Made by a program: the position numbers and the translations under genes. The notes beneath the pieces are model-generated. The model ran no database searches. It worked only from the letters and a program-made list of their open reading frames with translations, and was not told the DNA's origin. Positions 12,661-25,755 of a DNA stretch of 64,000 nt are shown in pieces. This DNA comes from Dicyema japonicum (Eukaryota > Animalia > Dicyemida). The stretch spans positions 152,594 to 216,593 of the forward strand of contig RDEW01000001.1 in NCBI GenBank assembly GCA_011109175.1, written 5' to 3'. Numbering within the stretch: the stretch's first letter is position 1; each line of letters begins with the position of its first letter.

Positions 12661-13233
12661 ATTTGAAGTAGATGCCATTTTTTTCAATTTATACTCGAAT
12701 TCAGTAATTCTGACAAAAATATGGAAGTTTGATTCATCTCCACTAATAATAATATTTTGTATATATTCATTAACAAAATCATATCTCAAATCCAGTAAAA
12801 TATCTCTCATATTTTCATTTGGTCTTTCAATAAGTAAATGCTCAATTATCTCATGAAAATTTATAAACATATTATTTTCATTTATACAATTAGCATTATT
12901 AGCACTATTAAAAACAAATATTTTTGAACGATTTGGATATTTAAAACAAATTTCTATATAATGTTGTAATTCGTTACTTAATTCTTCTTTTAGTGTCTCG
13001 AAAAAAAAATTCTTCAATTCCATAGTAGTAAAATTGAAGTCAAGTATTTGGCAATTAGATATATAATGTTGTAATTTGTTTCTTAATTCTTCTTTTAGTG
13101 TCTCTAAAAAAAATTTCTTCAATTTCATAGTAGTAAAATTGAAATTCATTATTTGGCAAATAGATATCTCTAAACGCAAAAAAGTATTTAATTTTATCGT
13201 GTCATAGAAAATTTTTGTATTGGTACTACCCAT
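12580..13233 (-). CDS. Family A copy with internal duplication, lacking downstream exons
   Basis: 217-aa ORF homologous to 10130-10549; FNFTTM(K/E)LK(K/N)FF(L/F)ETLKEEL..LQHYI occurs twice. Confidence 0.65.
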   Translation of the reverse strand: MGSTNTKIFYDTIKLNTFLRLEISICQIMNFNFTTMKLKKFFLETLKEELRNKLQHYISNCQILDFNFTTMELKNFFFETLKEELSNELQHYIEICFKYPNRSKIFVFNSANNANCINENNMFINFHEIIEHLLIERPNENMRDILLDLRYDFVNEYIQNIIISGDESNFHIFVRITEFEYKLKKMASTSNDVAHIETLNWCLGIRKLNFCMYINYL

Positions 13234-15002
13234 CTAAAAATAAGAAAAATATAACCTGTATGGATAAGTAATCAATATTTGGCAAATAATTTGGTTCCTT
13301 ACTTAGTGAATAGATTAATTGTCTAAAACCTAAGAATAATTTATATAAATACATTCATTAAATCTAATTCCTGAACATTCGTAAAATCTCTCATCAATTC
13401 TATCATTATTTGAAATTTTTAAAATATGCAACCAACAGAAAAATAGCATGATCGTCAATAATTTATTGGTTTGATTTTTTTATATAAACGTTAATTATTT
13501 CGTGGAATTATGTTTATTTTCGAGACGTAATTTAGCTAGAATATACGAGACAGTGATCTGACATATCATATTGAAATTTTCAATCCTCGCATTGGATTTA
13601 CCGTTCTTTTTTTCTCTTAAACATATCTTGCTATTAAAAACTGACAATCATAATTGCAGTTATTCTTAATTTCTCTGAAAGCGAAATAATTCGATTTTTT
13701 CTGAAAGAAAACGAATCTTTTCAGTCAAAATCTGTCAGATAAGTGTATTGATGTTACATTCAAATGTCCCTTGTATTGAAAGATAATTATTTATTAATCA
13801 AAACAAGCAAAACAATAAAATCTGAGACTAACGTAATGATCTTTCAAAGACTATTTTTTTACTGTTCACAATATAATTGCAAGCAGCTATGAAGGAATCC
13901 AGGACACTATACCCGATAAAGATAGAAGATATAATATTTGTAGACTATGATGACCTAATTTCCATAGAGAGAGCATTAAGAAATCACAAGAAAATTAATA
14001 AAAGTCATTATAAGAGATTAATTATGTTTTGGATGCTTTTATATTCAGTTATTCGAGAATGATTTGATATTTTGAGATTTAATGAAAATCAAGAAGTGGG
14101 TCGACCCTATTCTTTAGTCCGCAATTCTGGAATTGAAAAATTTCTCGATAAATACTTTGACACTGTTTCTATGGAAAACAATTTTTCTACCAGAAAATTT
14201 AAAATATTATCTTATTTTAATTTTAAATAATAAATATTAAACCAACTTTGCAAAACTTTATTTAAATACTAGGTCAACAAATTAAAAGAATTTAAATAAT
14301 TTTTTTTATTTTTAAGGACAACGTCTTGAATCCCTCTAATGATGAAGTTTGTTGTTCCAGATTCGTCGCATGTTGCATGTATAGTCTGTTACGAATCTAC
14401 ATGTATTTCATTGTTTTCCAAAATTCGTTCTACTTACACCGATGATACAGACGTCAAATAATCTCAACCCACTATGACCTTTTTTGGAAGATCTCGTAAG
14501 AGAAAGTCCCATTTATACTGAGTAGTCCGCATGCTGAATTGGTGTCCTGGATGACACATTTTTTAATCACGCATCTCTATGAAACGAGTACGAATTTTTT
14601 AGACTATTTAATTTCGATTTCAACCGAGAGGAGATTTTTGAAATCAAAGTCAGAAAAGTACTGTTCAATTTGTTGTTCTAATTTTGACCTCAATTTGTGT
14701 TCTAATTGATAAAAGTCTCTTTAGCAGATTAACTTTGATTGAATCTTTTGACTTTCAGTTATATTTGGTTGTTCTCCAATTGAAGGTCATCACCACTGTT
14801 CAAGACGTCTGAAGATTGATATTCGAGAGAAAATGGAGATATCGAAAAGCTGTACGTGTGTGCTGGAGAGAATCATTTAGGACGACTAGACTTTCAATCT
14901 ACCTTAAAATTCTACTCTCTGTTGATATAGCTTCCCGTAAAAAACCATAATAGAAATATTACATTAAAATCCTCACACACAATTAATTTTAAAGTCTCAT
15001 TA

Positions 15003-15394
15003 TCAAATAGAAATTAGGTAGATATCATTTAGAACAACTTCGGAGAAAAAGAATATATAGGAGTATGATTGTTGCCCCAAGTAGTTGATTGTTATCAGGT
15101 TCGAGAAAAACTCGAAATAGAGATCAGATAGAAATGTTGAGTTTTTATTTGGTTGTGTTGTGAAAGGGATCTGTAACATATTAGTACAATCCACATTACA
15201 ATCTTTAAGGGGAATCTTCTATCAAAAAGACTACAAACAGCTACCTTTTGCAGTTTAAAAGAAGTTGTGGTTTCAGTTAAAATACATCTAAATTTTGATA
15301 TTATGATTTTTTCGTTTGTTCTTAAACAGCTTTTACTGTAATGCCTTACAAGTTCATTGAAACAGACCCACATCCCAAGATATTTCATTATCAT
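15003..15394 (-). CDS. Putative two-exon hypothetical protein (~120 aa)
   Basis: A GT-AG 29-nt intron (15199-15171) joins two ORFs in frame (...RFPLKI|IPFTTQ...). No homology recognised. Confidence 0.3.
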
Positions 15395-15793
15395 AAAATT
15401 TTTTATTTTTTCTTATTTAATTTGTTTCTTATTTTCGGTTTTTTTATGATTAACTTGAATATTGTACTTCATGGTTAAAGGTAACGTCTGATGAAATCAA
15501 ATATGACGGTCGTGGGTTAGAATCCGAAAGATGAACTTTTCAAAAGAAGATCAATCCTCGTCAAACCCCACCAGTGGAGTGATCAATCCTCCTGACACGT
15601 CACAGTTGTTGAATGTGGCATGCCATTCAGTTAATTGAAAATAAACGTCACATTACTTGACCGTTTTCTTATTTTAATTTATCAAGCCGTTTGAAGACAA
15701 ACAAGAATATTTTGTATTTATCTTAAACTAAATTAGAAAGCTTCATAGCAGAAAGAAAATTGTGGCAAAAATTAATTGTTCGGTAAATAAGGT

Positions 15794-16130
15794 CAGTATG
15801 ATTTTTTAATTTTATTTTGTATTAAGAATAAACGTAATAAAGATCACTGACCCTGCTAAACAGAATCAGCAAAAAAGAAAAATGATTGAAAAGAAGGATG
15901 CTTGCTAATTTACCACATTTCCTTTAAAGTCATCAAGGAAAATGCCTTGACAATTATGAGANCAGTATGACCTTTTAATTTTATTTTGTATTAAGAATAA
16001 GCGTAATAAAGATCACTGACCCTGCTAAACAGAATCAGCAAAAAAGAAAAATGATTGAAAAGAAGGATGCTTGCTAATTTAACACATTTCCTTTAAAGTC
16101 ATCAAGGGAAATGCGTTGACAATTATGAGA
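15794..16130. repeat. ~168-bp tandem duplication joined by a single N (15962)
   Basis: cagtatga...gacaattatgaga occurs twice around one N; probable assembly overlap. Confidence 0.85.
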
Positions 16131-16399
16131 GCAGCCAGTGATTGCTAGCTGTTGGTTTTTTCTTTAATTGACTAATAAATTAAAAAATACTAAAGTTCAA
16201 GACTGTAACCCTTTTTAGTGTAACTTTAATGGCATACGGCATTTAAAGGAATCTTGACCAACTCAACTGATGAAGATTACCATTATAAAAACTCTTGCAT
16301 GAAGAATAAAATGATGTCCTGACGGTAGGACTTAGGATAAAAATGGAAGAAAGCGAAACTACTTCTCAATTTCTCTTCTGATGCGGAAGCTCTTAAGGT

Positions 16400-16525
16400 T
16401 TATTGGGAGATGAAATTGGACAATGCGAGGCGGCAGTGTATGCTACGAAATATTTTTTGGACAGAAAGACGAACAAAACACACACATTGGGGGTAAGCTG
16501 GACATCTGCTATGCCTTCACTTCAC
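16400..16525 (+). mobile_element. CRE-clade RT fragment
   Basis: Near-identical to 42655-42750 (atgcgaggcggcagtg...aagctggacatctgc). Confidence 0.75.
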
Positions 16526-17589
16526 NTGCATGCTGATTTGTGTCCCAGACGCCACTCATTTTTATATTACGTTTCTCTATTATGAGGTCAGTGATTTATA
16601 TCACGCTTCTCTATTATGAAATTAGTGTATTCACTCTAATGAAATAATGTTAGGTGAAAGAACCAGTGTATCGTTAAACAGTTAATTCAAGGACTATACA
16701 ACCGCGGCCTTAACTGCGTGGCTATTCCTCTCATGACTGGGATTGAGATTCGCATAAAAAGCAAGCAGAATTAATAAATATTAATAATATTTCACACTTC
16801 GTAGCTGAATATTCATTATCTTGGTATGTAAAATTATCCTACTAATTTATTATTTAGATAAAACCTAAGTACCAAGAGAAATAAAGCTCAATTTTGATAG
16901 AAAATTCGTTTTGGAATCTATTCAATTCATGAATTCATTGAAAAGCTTCGATCGAAAATACTAATGTGCCCAAATTAAAACGTATTTAATTTTATTTTGG
17001 TGACTCTTATAGAAAAAGGTGGATCGACAAAATACGGGAGATAATGAAATGCATCCCATTAGTTTTCTAATACAATCCACANNNNNNNNNNNNNNNNNNN
17101 NNNNNNNNNNNNNNNNNNNNNNNNNNNNNNNNNNNNNNNNNNNNNNNNNNNNNNNNNNNNNNNNNNNNNNNNNNNNNNNNNNNNNNNNNNNNNNNNNNNN
17201 NNNNNNNNNNNNNNNNNNNNNNNNNNNNNNNNNNNNNNNNNNNNNNNNNNNNNNNNNNNNNNNNNNNNNNNNNNNNNNNNNNNNNNNNNNNNNNNNNNNN
17301 NNNNNNNNNNNNNNNNNNNNNNNNNNNNNNNNNNNNNNNNNNNNNNNNNNNNNNNNNNNNNNNNNNNNNNNNNNNNNNNNNNNNNNNNNNNNNNNNNNNN
17401 NNNNNNNNNNNNNNNNNNNNNNNNNNNNNNNNNNNNNNNNNNNNNNNNNNNNNNNNNNNNNNNNNNNNNNNNNNNNNNNNNNNNNNNNNNNNNNNNNNNN
17501 NNNNNNNNNNNNNNNNNNNNNNNNNNNNNNNNNNNNNNNNNNNNNNNNNNNNNNNNNNNNNNNNNNNNNNNNNNNNNNNNNNNNNNNNT

Positions 17590-18730
17590 TAATGATCGGA
17601 TAATACTAATCCACGTCCGTGGACGACCATTGAATATTACGGTCATGCAAGTGTATGCCCCAACATCTATTGCCAAGGATGACGAAATTGACCAATTTTA
17701 TTATGAATTTCAAGAGGCACTAAAACTAATACCAAAAAAGGACATAATCTACATAATGGGGGATTTAAATTTAAAAGTTGAGTGTCACATACGGATATTG
17801 TGGAAAGTTTTGGTTTGGGGAAAAGAAATGATGCTGGGGATCGACTGGTCCAATTCTGTCAGGAAAATGGATTTCAGATATCTAACACATGGTTCAAACA
17901 ACACAAACGACGATTATACACTTGGACGTCGCCAAATGGAATGTCTAGGAACCAGATTGATTATATTTTGTGCGCCAAACGTTGGAAAAGCTCTAAAACA
18001 GCCGTCAAAACATATCTAGGGGCAGACTGTGGAACTGACCATCAGCTGCTTGTTGCAAAAATTAGGACGAAATTCAGTAAAACTTGGAATACCCCCCGAG
18101 TAAAGAAATTCGATGTCTCAAACATACCACCAGAATACGCAATGGAAGTTAAGCACAATATTGGATTACTGTATTTGTACGGAAGGATGCCTAATGAATT
18201 ATGGAATGATATGCAGTTGGTTATCAGGAAGGCCGAAATAAAACATGTCAAATACAAAACGCCTGCCAAGTGCTCTGAGTGGCTCTCTGTCAACACCCTA
18301 AACATTGCTGAGGCTCGTAAAGCTGCTGGGAATATAGACGAGACAAGAAAACTTAACTCTGAATTCAAAAAGGCAACCAGGAAGGATAAAGAAGACTACT
18401 GGAAGTTACGCTGCAAAAAATGGAAGATGACTATAAGAGAGGTCACACTAGGAATGCGTATTTACAACTAAAAGATACGAACCCCCTTTACGAAAATGAT
18501 GGGTAAATCAAGGACAAGAATGTAGTGTAGAATTGCTAAGCCAACAGAACATTCGAAATCGTTGGAGAGAATATACGGAACGACTATATCAGAAACTGTG
18601 TGCCCACCCATATATGTTGATAAAGCAACGTTAGATGAGGGGCATAAAATCCTTGAGGAGAATGCGTGTGGGCTACACGGCGATAACGGGGAACAAGGAA
18701 CCGGGGATTGACAACATCTCAAGCAAATTG
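17590..18730 (+). mobile_element. RTE-clade LINE, degenerate APE endonuclease and linker
   Basis: VMQVYAPT, IMGDLN, FGLGKRNDAGDRLVQFC, YTWTSP, NQIDYILC, GADCGTDHQLL; frameshifted; 5' end in gap. Confidence 0.9.
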
Positions 18731-19511
18731 CTGAAGGCTATTCCTATGCCCATCTGATGATGCTTAATTTTGATAACATAACATAGCAGTATTTATTATT
18801 AATTCCTCTCTAATTAGTAATCAGTTTGAAATTTTGGATTCGAACAAATCAATTATTCAAATAATCTATTTGAAGTGAAAACTTCGTTTTTTGTATTCAA
18901 AATCTATTTCATTTTGTCGATTTTTACGAATAATCGAATAATCGCTGAGTGGAATTTTTTAATATTTTCCGATGAGTTGAGACCCACAACATCAGATAAT
19001 ATTATTTTCACTGACTCACCAACCGTATAGTAACATCTTATTCTCGCGACCAATTGAGATATTTTATATAGGTTTCCACTTTTTTAAAATTTAACTAAAA
19101 TGCTAACTATTAGCTTGTAATGTATGTTCTTTGCATTTATGTTTAATTGTAGCAGCGTTGAAATAGTTCTCCCTTAGTTTTCAAAAGTTTTCAAGTTTAG
19201 ACAAATTCTTGCTTTGCGAATCTGCGATAGTCTTGATGGGTCATTGCTTCATTTGACAAAGTAATATTGAATATTAGACAATACTTCTATGTTTCATTAA
19301 TGTGACGTGGAATTAGGTAATTACAGACTGAACTCATCACGAATAAATTTATTTCACGCTTCTTAATTTATGGTAGCCTTCTAAAAATAATAATAACAGC
19401 TTATTTAACGGAGCCGTGGTATTAGCGCCGCATAGGAAGGACACACACTTTATTTAAGTAAAGAACAGTTTATTTTAATTAATCGTGGAATCAGGGAATG
19501 ATCTTCACTTC

Positions 19512-19697
19512 TTTTTTTTGTGTGAGTGTCCTTTCTAGATAATCCAGTTCCGCAGTGAGTATCCACTGATGACCGCGTCACTCGTCAAACCCTTTCTGCA
19601 TCGTTGATGCGTGGAACCTTCCACCAGGTGAACAGCAGCGAGATTCGAACCCGTAGCCTAAGCCACTTTAGCTCGACACCTAACCACTATGCCACCC
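19512..19697 (-). mobile_element. tRNA-derived SINE
   Basis: Pol III A box TGGCATAGTGG (19694-19684), B box GGTTCGAATCT (19651-19641), body shared with 21636-21777, and an A-rich tail near 19512. Confidence 0.75.
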
Positions 19698-20229
19698 AAT
19701 TGTTATTCAATTAAATAATATTTTTAATCTATTTTTACTTTTCAATAATACTTTCTTTTATAAAAAAATAAAATAAATAAACAAGTAATAATCCTACCGC
19801 CTGAATTAAGAATTCTACCGCCCAAATTGAGCGATAACGACCAGGTCAAGAATCACTGGTTTACCAGCTCTGTGACAATTGGTTGGTTTGATGTAGGTAT
19901 GAAATCTCTAATTACCAGAAATTTATGCATAAAAAAATTCTTTTATCTTATAAAAATATTCTTATCAATGTTGAGCAATTTCATCGCAGAGTTACAAAAA
20001 AGTTAAAAAACAAGTTGAGACATTGTATTGACATACAAGATCATCCCATTCTTAGAGATAAATTTAAAGTTTTTTGTGATTTATATTAAGTCATTTAAAC
20101 TACCAGTATTATCAAAGTAATAGATTATTTCAAAATTTGGACTATTCATGCAGTAATTTTTCTACGATAATCTTTTTGAAGTAAATGAGGATTTCTATTA
20201 AATTGTAATAAATTGTCAAATATCATTTT

Positions 20230-20987
20230 CTGATTCAAACAAACTCACAATTAGTGACTGTTATCATTTTTCGATTTGGCTGTTTAATTGTAATTGAAGA
20301 ATTATTAATATTAGGAATAATCCCTTTTTTAGTTGGCAGTTTAGTTTTATTTTGAGTATGTTTAATATTTGGAGAGACGGCAATTTGGAACCAACTTATG
20401 CAATATGACACTAAAATAAAAAATGAAAAAAAACCATTATGAGAGAATTCTACAATTCTTTGATTATTGACTATTTTGGTCGATATATCAGAAATATATA
20501 ATATAGATTTTATAAATAGTTTTACAAAGATAGTCATCATAAAACAATTGACGATTGAGTGTTATCGTATTATTACCAGAATTATCTACGAATGATAATT
20601 ATAATTACAAATAGATACGTCTATCTTTGTAAGGTGATAGCTCTTATCAGGTCTCAAAATAAACGTGTAATATAAATGAATTTGTTTTGATTATATAATT
20701 ACAACTAAACTATCTTTAAATAAAATCATATTTAAATTGAGATCTTCATTTTTCAATTTCTAATAATAAAAAAATTAAAACCTTATCTTTTTTACATATA
20801 ATAAAGAAAGTTGTTCACTTAAAAATGCTTCATTTGTTCTACTCCATAGAATGGAATGTATTTCTGAAAATATAGGCTTAATGTTATTTGTATCATTCAA
20901 GTTAATGTCACTATATACCATCTGATTTAAAATTATGTGACTAATTATGATAACTAATAATACATACCCACATAAGGATAAAATCAT
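20230..20987 (-). pseudogene. Family B membrane-protein paralog, disrupted
   Basis: MILSLCGYVLLVIIIS..., IHLYYTFIL...KIDVSI, NSGNNTITLNRQL and IIPNINNS match 53611-54600. Micro-introns lie at equivalent positions (e.g. 20608-20586, 23 nt). There is an in-frame TAA and frameshifts. Confidence 0.7.
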
Positions 20988-21635
20988 TTATAGGTTATCT
21001 TTTATTAATTTATGGGTTATTTTAATATCATTATAATTTAATTAATGTTAATTTTATACTTTTATTAAATATGAGTGAATGTAGTTGAACTTTATATTAA
21101 TTATGTACAAAACCGACTCTCAGATTCTGATTGAAGGTAGTTCAGTTAACCTAAAATCCTAGTAACAAATGAGAAAACAATATCTAGAATATCAAAAGGA
21201 TCAATTTTTTAAAGGATTGAAATCAATTATGGTAGCAAGGCGAGGCTTTCGTTGAAGTCCACTAGTAACTCACTGAGTCGTCAAATGGAATATTTGTTAT
21301 GCAGTAATTAAACGTGATTTTAACTTTAAGCATATTAATTAACTAATAAATCATATTTGACGGCAATACCAACTAAAACAGCATGTTTTCTAGTCAACAA
21401 TTTATAATTTGTTGTCAACGATCAATGTCAACAGCTATAGAGTTAATAATTAAATAGGTCAGGAAAACCTATAAAAATTATCATTGCATATTTTGGAATT
21501 GTTAAATCAAGTATGATTATTTTATGCTGGATCTACAGTTCTTCATACAAGTCTTTTGAGTTGATGGATGATTTTATATTCTCTATCGATATTTTTACTT
21601 TCAGGTTATTATATGATGGTTTAATATTTGTTGAG

Positions 21636-21777
21636 CCGGCTGGCATAGTGGTTAGGTGTCGGGCTAAAGTGTCTTAGGTCACGGGTTCGATTCTCTCTGC
21701 TGTTCACCTTGTGGAAAGGTTCCACGTATCTACGATGCGGAAAGGGCTTGACGAGTGACGCCGTCATCAGTGGAGAT
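21636..21777 (+). mobile_element. tRNA-derived SINE, second copy
   Basis: A box at 21641-21651 and B box GGTTCGATTCT at 21684-21694; body similar to 19512-19697 in the opposite orientation. Confidence 0.75.
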
Positions 21778-22324
21778 TAGTAAAAAACATTCTAATTACT
21801 GATCGACGTTTCCCTGTACAAGACCGGATTCAAAGTCACATTTAATGGTCATTTGAATGAAAGATAGTAATGAGGTCATACAGTTAAGTGATCACAGGTC
21901 CCATTCAAATAATCAAATGTCTCATCCAGTGTGACTACTTTGCTAGAGAGCCTTCCCTCTTTCTTGCAGATGTACTCGATTGGAGATTTATGATTGCTAA
22001 ACGGCATTTATTTTTTGTTTTTTTTATGACATATAAAGTTAACCTCATTAAAACGTTAAGTGATTTTGAACAGTAATAAATCCGATTTGTAAAAGAATTG
22101 ATTGATGTTGTAAGACGAGCAGAATAATCTCCAACGAAACGAGCAGTAAAGTTTTCCGATTCCATAAGCAAAGTATTCAACCGTTATTCGGTGGTCGACT
22201 TCTTTTCGAAGGAAGATATATTCGCATATTAACAGAAATATATAATCAAAATCTACAAAATTGACTAATATTTATTAGAATTTGATGTATTAAGTGACAT
22301 CAATATTATTAGTTAATATTAAAC

Positions 22325-22365
22325 CATATAGTGGTTCTCAACTTTTTTTTACTTGTCGACCCCTA
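22325..22365 (+). mobile_element. hAT-type terminal sequence remnant
   Basis: tagtggttctcaactttttttacttgtcgacccc resembles hAT/Charlie-type termini. Confidence 0.35.
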
Positions 22366-22584
22366 GACTTTTTTTTCGAAATTCTAAGTATAATTAGAAA
22401 ACTATCTAAAATAAATTCATTGTTAATAATCAAATAAAACAAAAAAAATATATACTCGATGTTAAGTTGGTATCTTAGCATAACTCTATAATAAAAAAAT
22501 TAAATACCATTGGGATTCCTGTTTTTTGATTAAAAATTCGATATCTGGCTCTATTTGTGTTATTTTAACGAATATCTCCTCTAC

Positions 22585-23144
22585 TATACTGGCAAATGCG
22601 GCAATGGCTAAACTGAAGAAAAGATGGCTAAGAGCCAAAGGACTTGGAATTGACATCAGATGCAAACTTTACAACGCGTTTGTGAAACCGATCCTACTGT
22701 AAAATGCTGGGAGATGGAGAAGTTTCTTCAACAAACTATTGAAACTGGATTCGTTCTATAGAAGAACTAAGAAGCTCACTCGGAATTGAGTGTCCACGTA
22801 GAATATTAACCACTGGTATCTACAACATGTGTATGTGTTCTTACATCAGCAAGGATGTGATAGATGCCCGGTGGAGGCTATTTGGGCATGTACTAAGAAT
22901 GAACCCAGACGCACCCGCTAGCAAAGCGATGGAAGATTACTTTGACAGTTGCGAAAAACCCTTCCGCGGACGACCTAGATCGACACTTCCGACTGCCTTA
23001 AACAAAGACTTAAATCGTGTGAGAAAAAATATAATGACGGGGGACAACCTGAACGAATTTAGATCACTTGCATTCGACAAAGGAAGATGGAAAAGACTAA
23101 CTATAAAAATTTTTTCTTTGAGTGTTGAACATGCGGGGCTATAA
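22585..23144 (+). mobile_element. RTE-clade LINE 3' fragment
   Basis: KLYNAFVKPILL, RWRLFGHVLRM and FRGRPRSTLPTALNKDL, homologous to the 32.5-32.9 kb C-terminus. Confidence 0.85.
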
Positions 23145-23231
23145 TCATTATGGCATTCGTAAAAGTGCCTTAATAATAATAATGGAAAGAGCGGCTGCTG
23201 ACATAACGGAGTAAGCGTTTCCGTTGATAAT

Positions 23232-23690
23232 TGCAATCCCAATTCGTTGCCTCAGCCAGACCGCATTCCACACGTCTTTTTTACGGTGGGCCAATTTCCT
23301 CCCGATTTTCTTCAGGAAAGAGCAGATCTAGCTTTTGCTCGGCCCGCACTCTTTTGCACAAAAGCAGATCCAGCTTTTTGGTATCGACGATCCCTCCACA
23401 ACGACATTGCTGTTCGAAGTAAACATCGTTCAAAAAAGTCCCCAGGGAGGAACACGGGACTGCATCCAACGACGCTCCGGTCCTATGGTTGTCTGCAGAG
23501 ACGAGGCATGCAAGACGATTCTGGTTGGTCTCAGACTATAGCACGTCGAAGATATTCTTGGAGTAGATCTCATCCCAGTCACGTTGCTTGAAGGATCGTT
23601 CGGCATATCCAAACCAGTTTCATACCATTCGCGACGAGCTTCGTCGAAACTCTTTCTCAAAAAAAGTCCGGTTGGTAAACGTAGATATCT
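23232..23690 (-). mobile_element. CRE-clade retrotransposon fragment
   Basis: The reverse complement matches 43560-44060 (ARREWYETGLDMPNDPS..., CRCGGIVDTKKL) with an internal deletion. Confidence 0.85.
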
Positions 23691-23816
23691 TTTATTATTT
23701 AATATGATATAATTAATTTAGGGTAAAAATTGAGCAATTTTTTAAGTCAAAAATATTTTTTAGAGATTTACTTTGATTTTCGATTTCACAATGAGGATTG
23801 GTCTGATTACTCTAAT

Positions 23817-24290
23817 GCAGTCGTTTCCACCCTGGGGTTCCTCGGAACCCCAGGGTTCCGCGTAGCCAGTTTTAGTGTTCGGCTAAATTTATTTTAAATT
23901 ATTTAATAATAGTTTTTAATTATTATCAACAAAGTGCAATTTGAAAATATCCAATTTTGGAAAAGACGACAACTTAAAATCGACCTGCCGTTCTGCAAGA
24001 GTATCTTTTTGCTAAATTGATATTTTTTGCTAATTTTAATGAACTTAATGTGAAATTACAATCTGCTGATGTTAATTTATTCAAGGTATTGTTTTTAAAT
24101 TAATTTTGGCAAAGTCACTTTATTTCTGCTTTTATTTTGAAACTACCTTTATTTTGTAGGAATATTGGCAGAAATGAATTAATTAATTTCCACGTCTCAA
24201 CGATCTTAAATACTTCTTTTCTGAAGATGATTTCGAAATTTATATTGAAAATTTGATCACTCTTGAACAATATATGAAGAAACGTTGAAC
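23817..24290 (+). mobile_element. hAT (Buster/Charlie-like) transposon remnant
   Basis: Terminal-like cagtcgtttccaccctggggttcctcggaaccccagggttccgcg, followed by degraded NELNVKLQSADVNL...NIGRNE..FPRL...IYIENL resembling hAT transposase. Confidence 0.55.
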
Positions 24291-25480
24291 TAGTCAGTGT
24301 GCAAATACAAACAAATATTGGATGGATAACAGTTTGGAGGAATTTATTCTAAAAGCTTACGTGAGTACCCTTGGATCATTGAGAAATTTTTAACGAAAAC
24401 GTGAATCCAATTTTGTTGGGGACATGAACGCAAAGCATGTTGATTATGGATGTGTTACAACAAATCAGGATGGAAAATGTCTTATTAAAGTGGATGGAAT
24501 CAGGAGAATTTGAAAATTTTGACGTCAAATTTCACGAAATAAAAGGGGAATTTCTTACAATAGCATGTTTGGATATAACAAAAGCGTGGACAGTGTTTGG
24601 CACTTTGGACTTGTTGATACGTTGTCAAAGCAGAAATTGGGAAAACTGCGTTATTATGGATAGAAAACTTTCTTTCAAAAAGAAAGTCATATATACGTGT
24701 TGGAAATTTAATTTCAAAGAAAATTGAATTGCGAAGAGGAGTTCCTTAGGGTTCAATTCTCAGCCCGCTACTCTTCAATTGCGTAATGAGAGATTTGCCG
24801 AAAACAGAAAGCGTAAATAGTCAAATGATTATTTATGCTGATGACATTTTTGTGCTTGATTCAAGCATGAATAAACAAATTTCATGGAAAAGGGTGGAAT
24901 CCCATATTACTAAGATTGGAAAGTGTGCCAAAACAATGGGTTGACTCTATCTAGGGAAAAAAACAACAGTCACTTGTATTGCAAGTAAAAGAAAAAATAT
25001 TAATCAATGTGTGAATACTGGGATATAAAAATCTCTGAAACATTGAAGTATCTCGGATTGTTGATAGATCGAAAAGAATCTTTCAAGGAACATATTAAAA
25101 CACGAAGAAAGAAAGCTACAGGAATGTTGAAATCTTTAATTCGATTTCATTTGGAGCCTGAAACTTTTCTTTTTGTGTATTCGGCGTGTGTTGAACCTTT
25201 CTTGATATATGGTTATCAAGGATGGTTTAGAACAAAAGAAAGTGATGTCTTTGTCAAAAAATTGGAAAAGTCCAGAAGATTTGCGATTAAATTGGCATAT
25301 GGACTGGACTTAAAATCCAATATCGAAGAGGATTACGACCTGAAAGTCAGAAAGATAGAAAAATTATTACATCACTTATGGCAAATGTGATGTAATTTTT
25401 GGGGTCCAAACGAAGTAGAGACATGTGGTGTCTCATAAAATGACCCTACACGATGAATACAAACCCACTTAATTAGTTTT
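24288..25480 (+). mobile_element. Internally deleted Jockey/CR1/I-like LINE
   Basis: 24288-24525 is nearly identical to 39805-40040 (APE). It then jumps to sequence matching 41196 and continues through RT motifs (ACLDITKAW, IYADDI, LKYLGLLID). Confidence 0.85.
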
Positions 25481-25755
25481 GGTTCAGGTTTTGGTTTCTT
25501 AACAGTAATTAGTTTAGGGTTTGTTAGAAAATAAAATTTGTCTTGTCTTGTCAAGCAATAAATTTTTGAACATTTGCCTTTGTTACGTTTTCAATCCTTT
25601 TGATGATGTGCAGTTGTTCAATATTTGTGGTTATCATTGATATATTGTGATTCCTTTGGTTTCATTAAGACTCCTGTGACCTCATGTTTTGGACTGATAA
25701 GTTTGACTTATCAGCCCGGACACGAAGATGGGTTCTCATAATATACGACATTAAT

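Noticed and set aside
1151-17676. Long ORFs spanning N-runs (1272-1696, 3000-3551, 9248-9599, 11822-12155, 17082-17588)
   Set aside because: They are open only because Ns contain no stops. The 426-aa GPCR ORF tail after the gap is actually antisense family A sequence.
19560-19600. Hammerhead core (ctgatga...) antisense to the SINE
   Set aside because: No GAAA follows the putative stem II (it reads GTCAAAC).
19600-19697. Functional tRNA genes (also 21636 and 41954)
   Set aside because: A and B boxes are present, but there is no clean acceptor or anticodon stem and they run into a shared non-tRNA body, so they are treated as SINEs.
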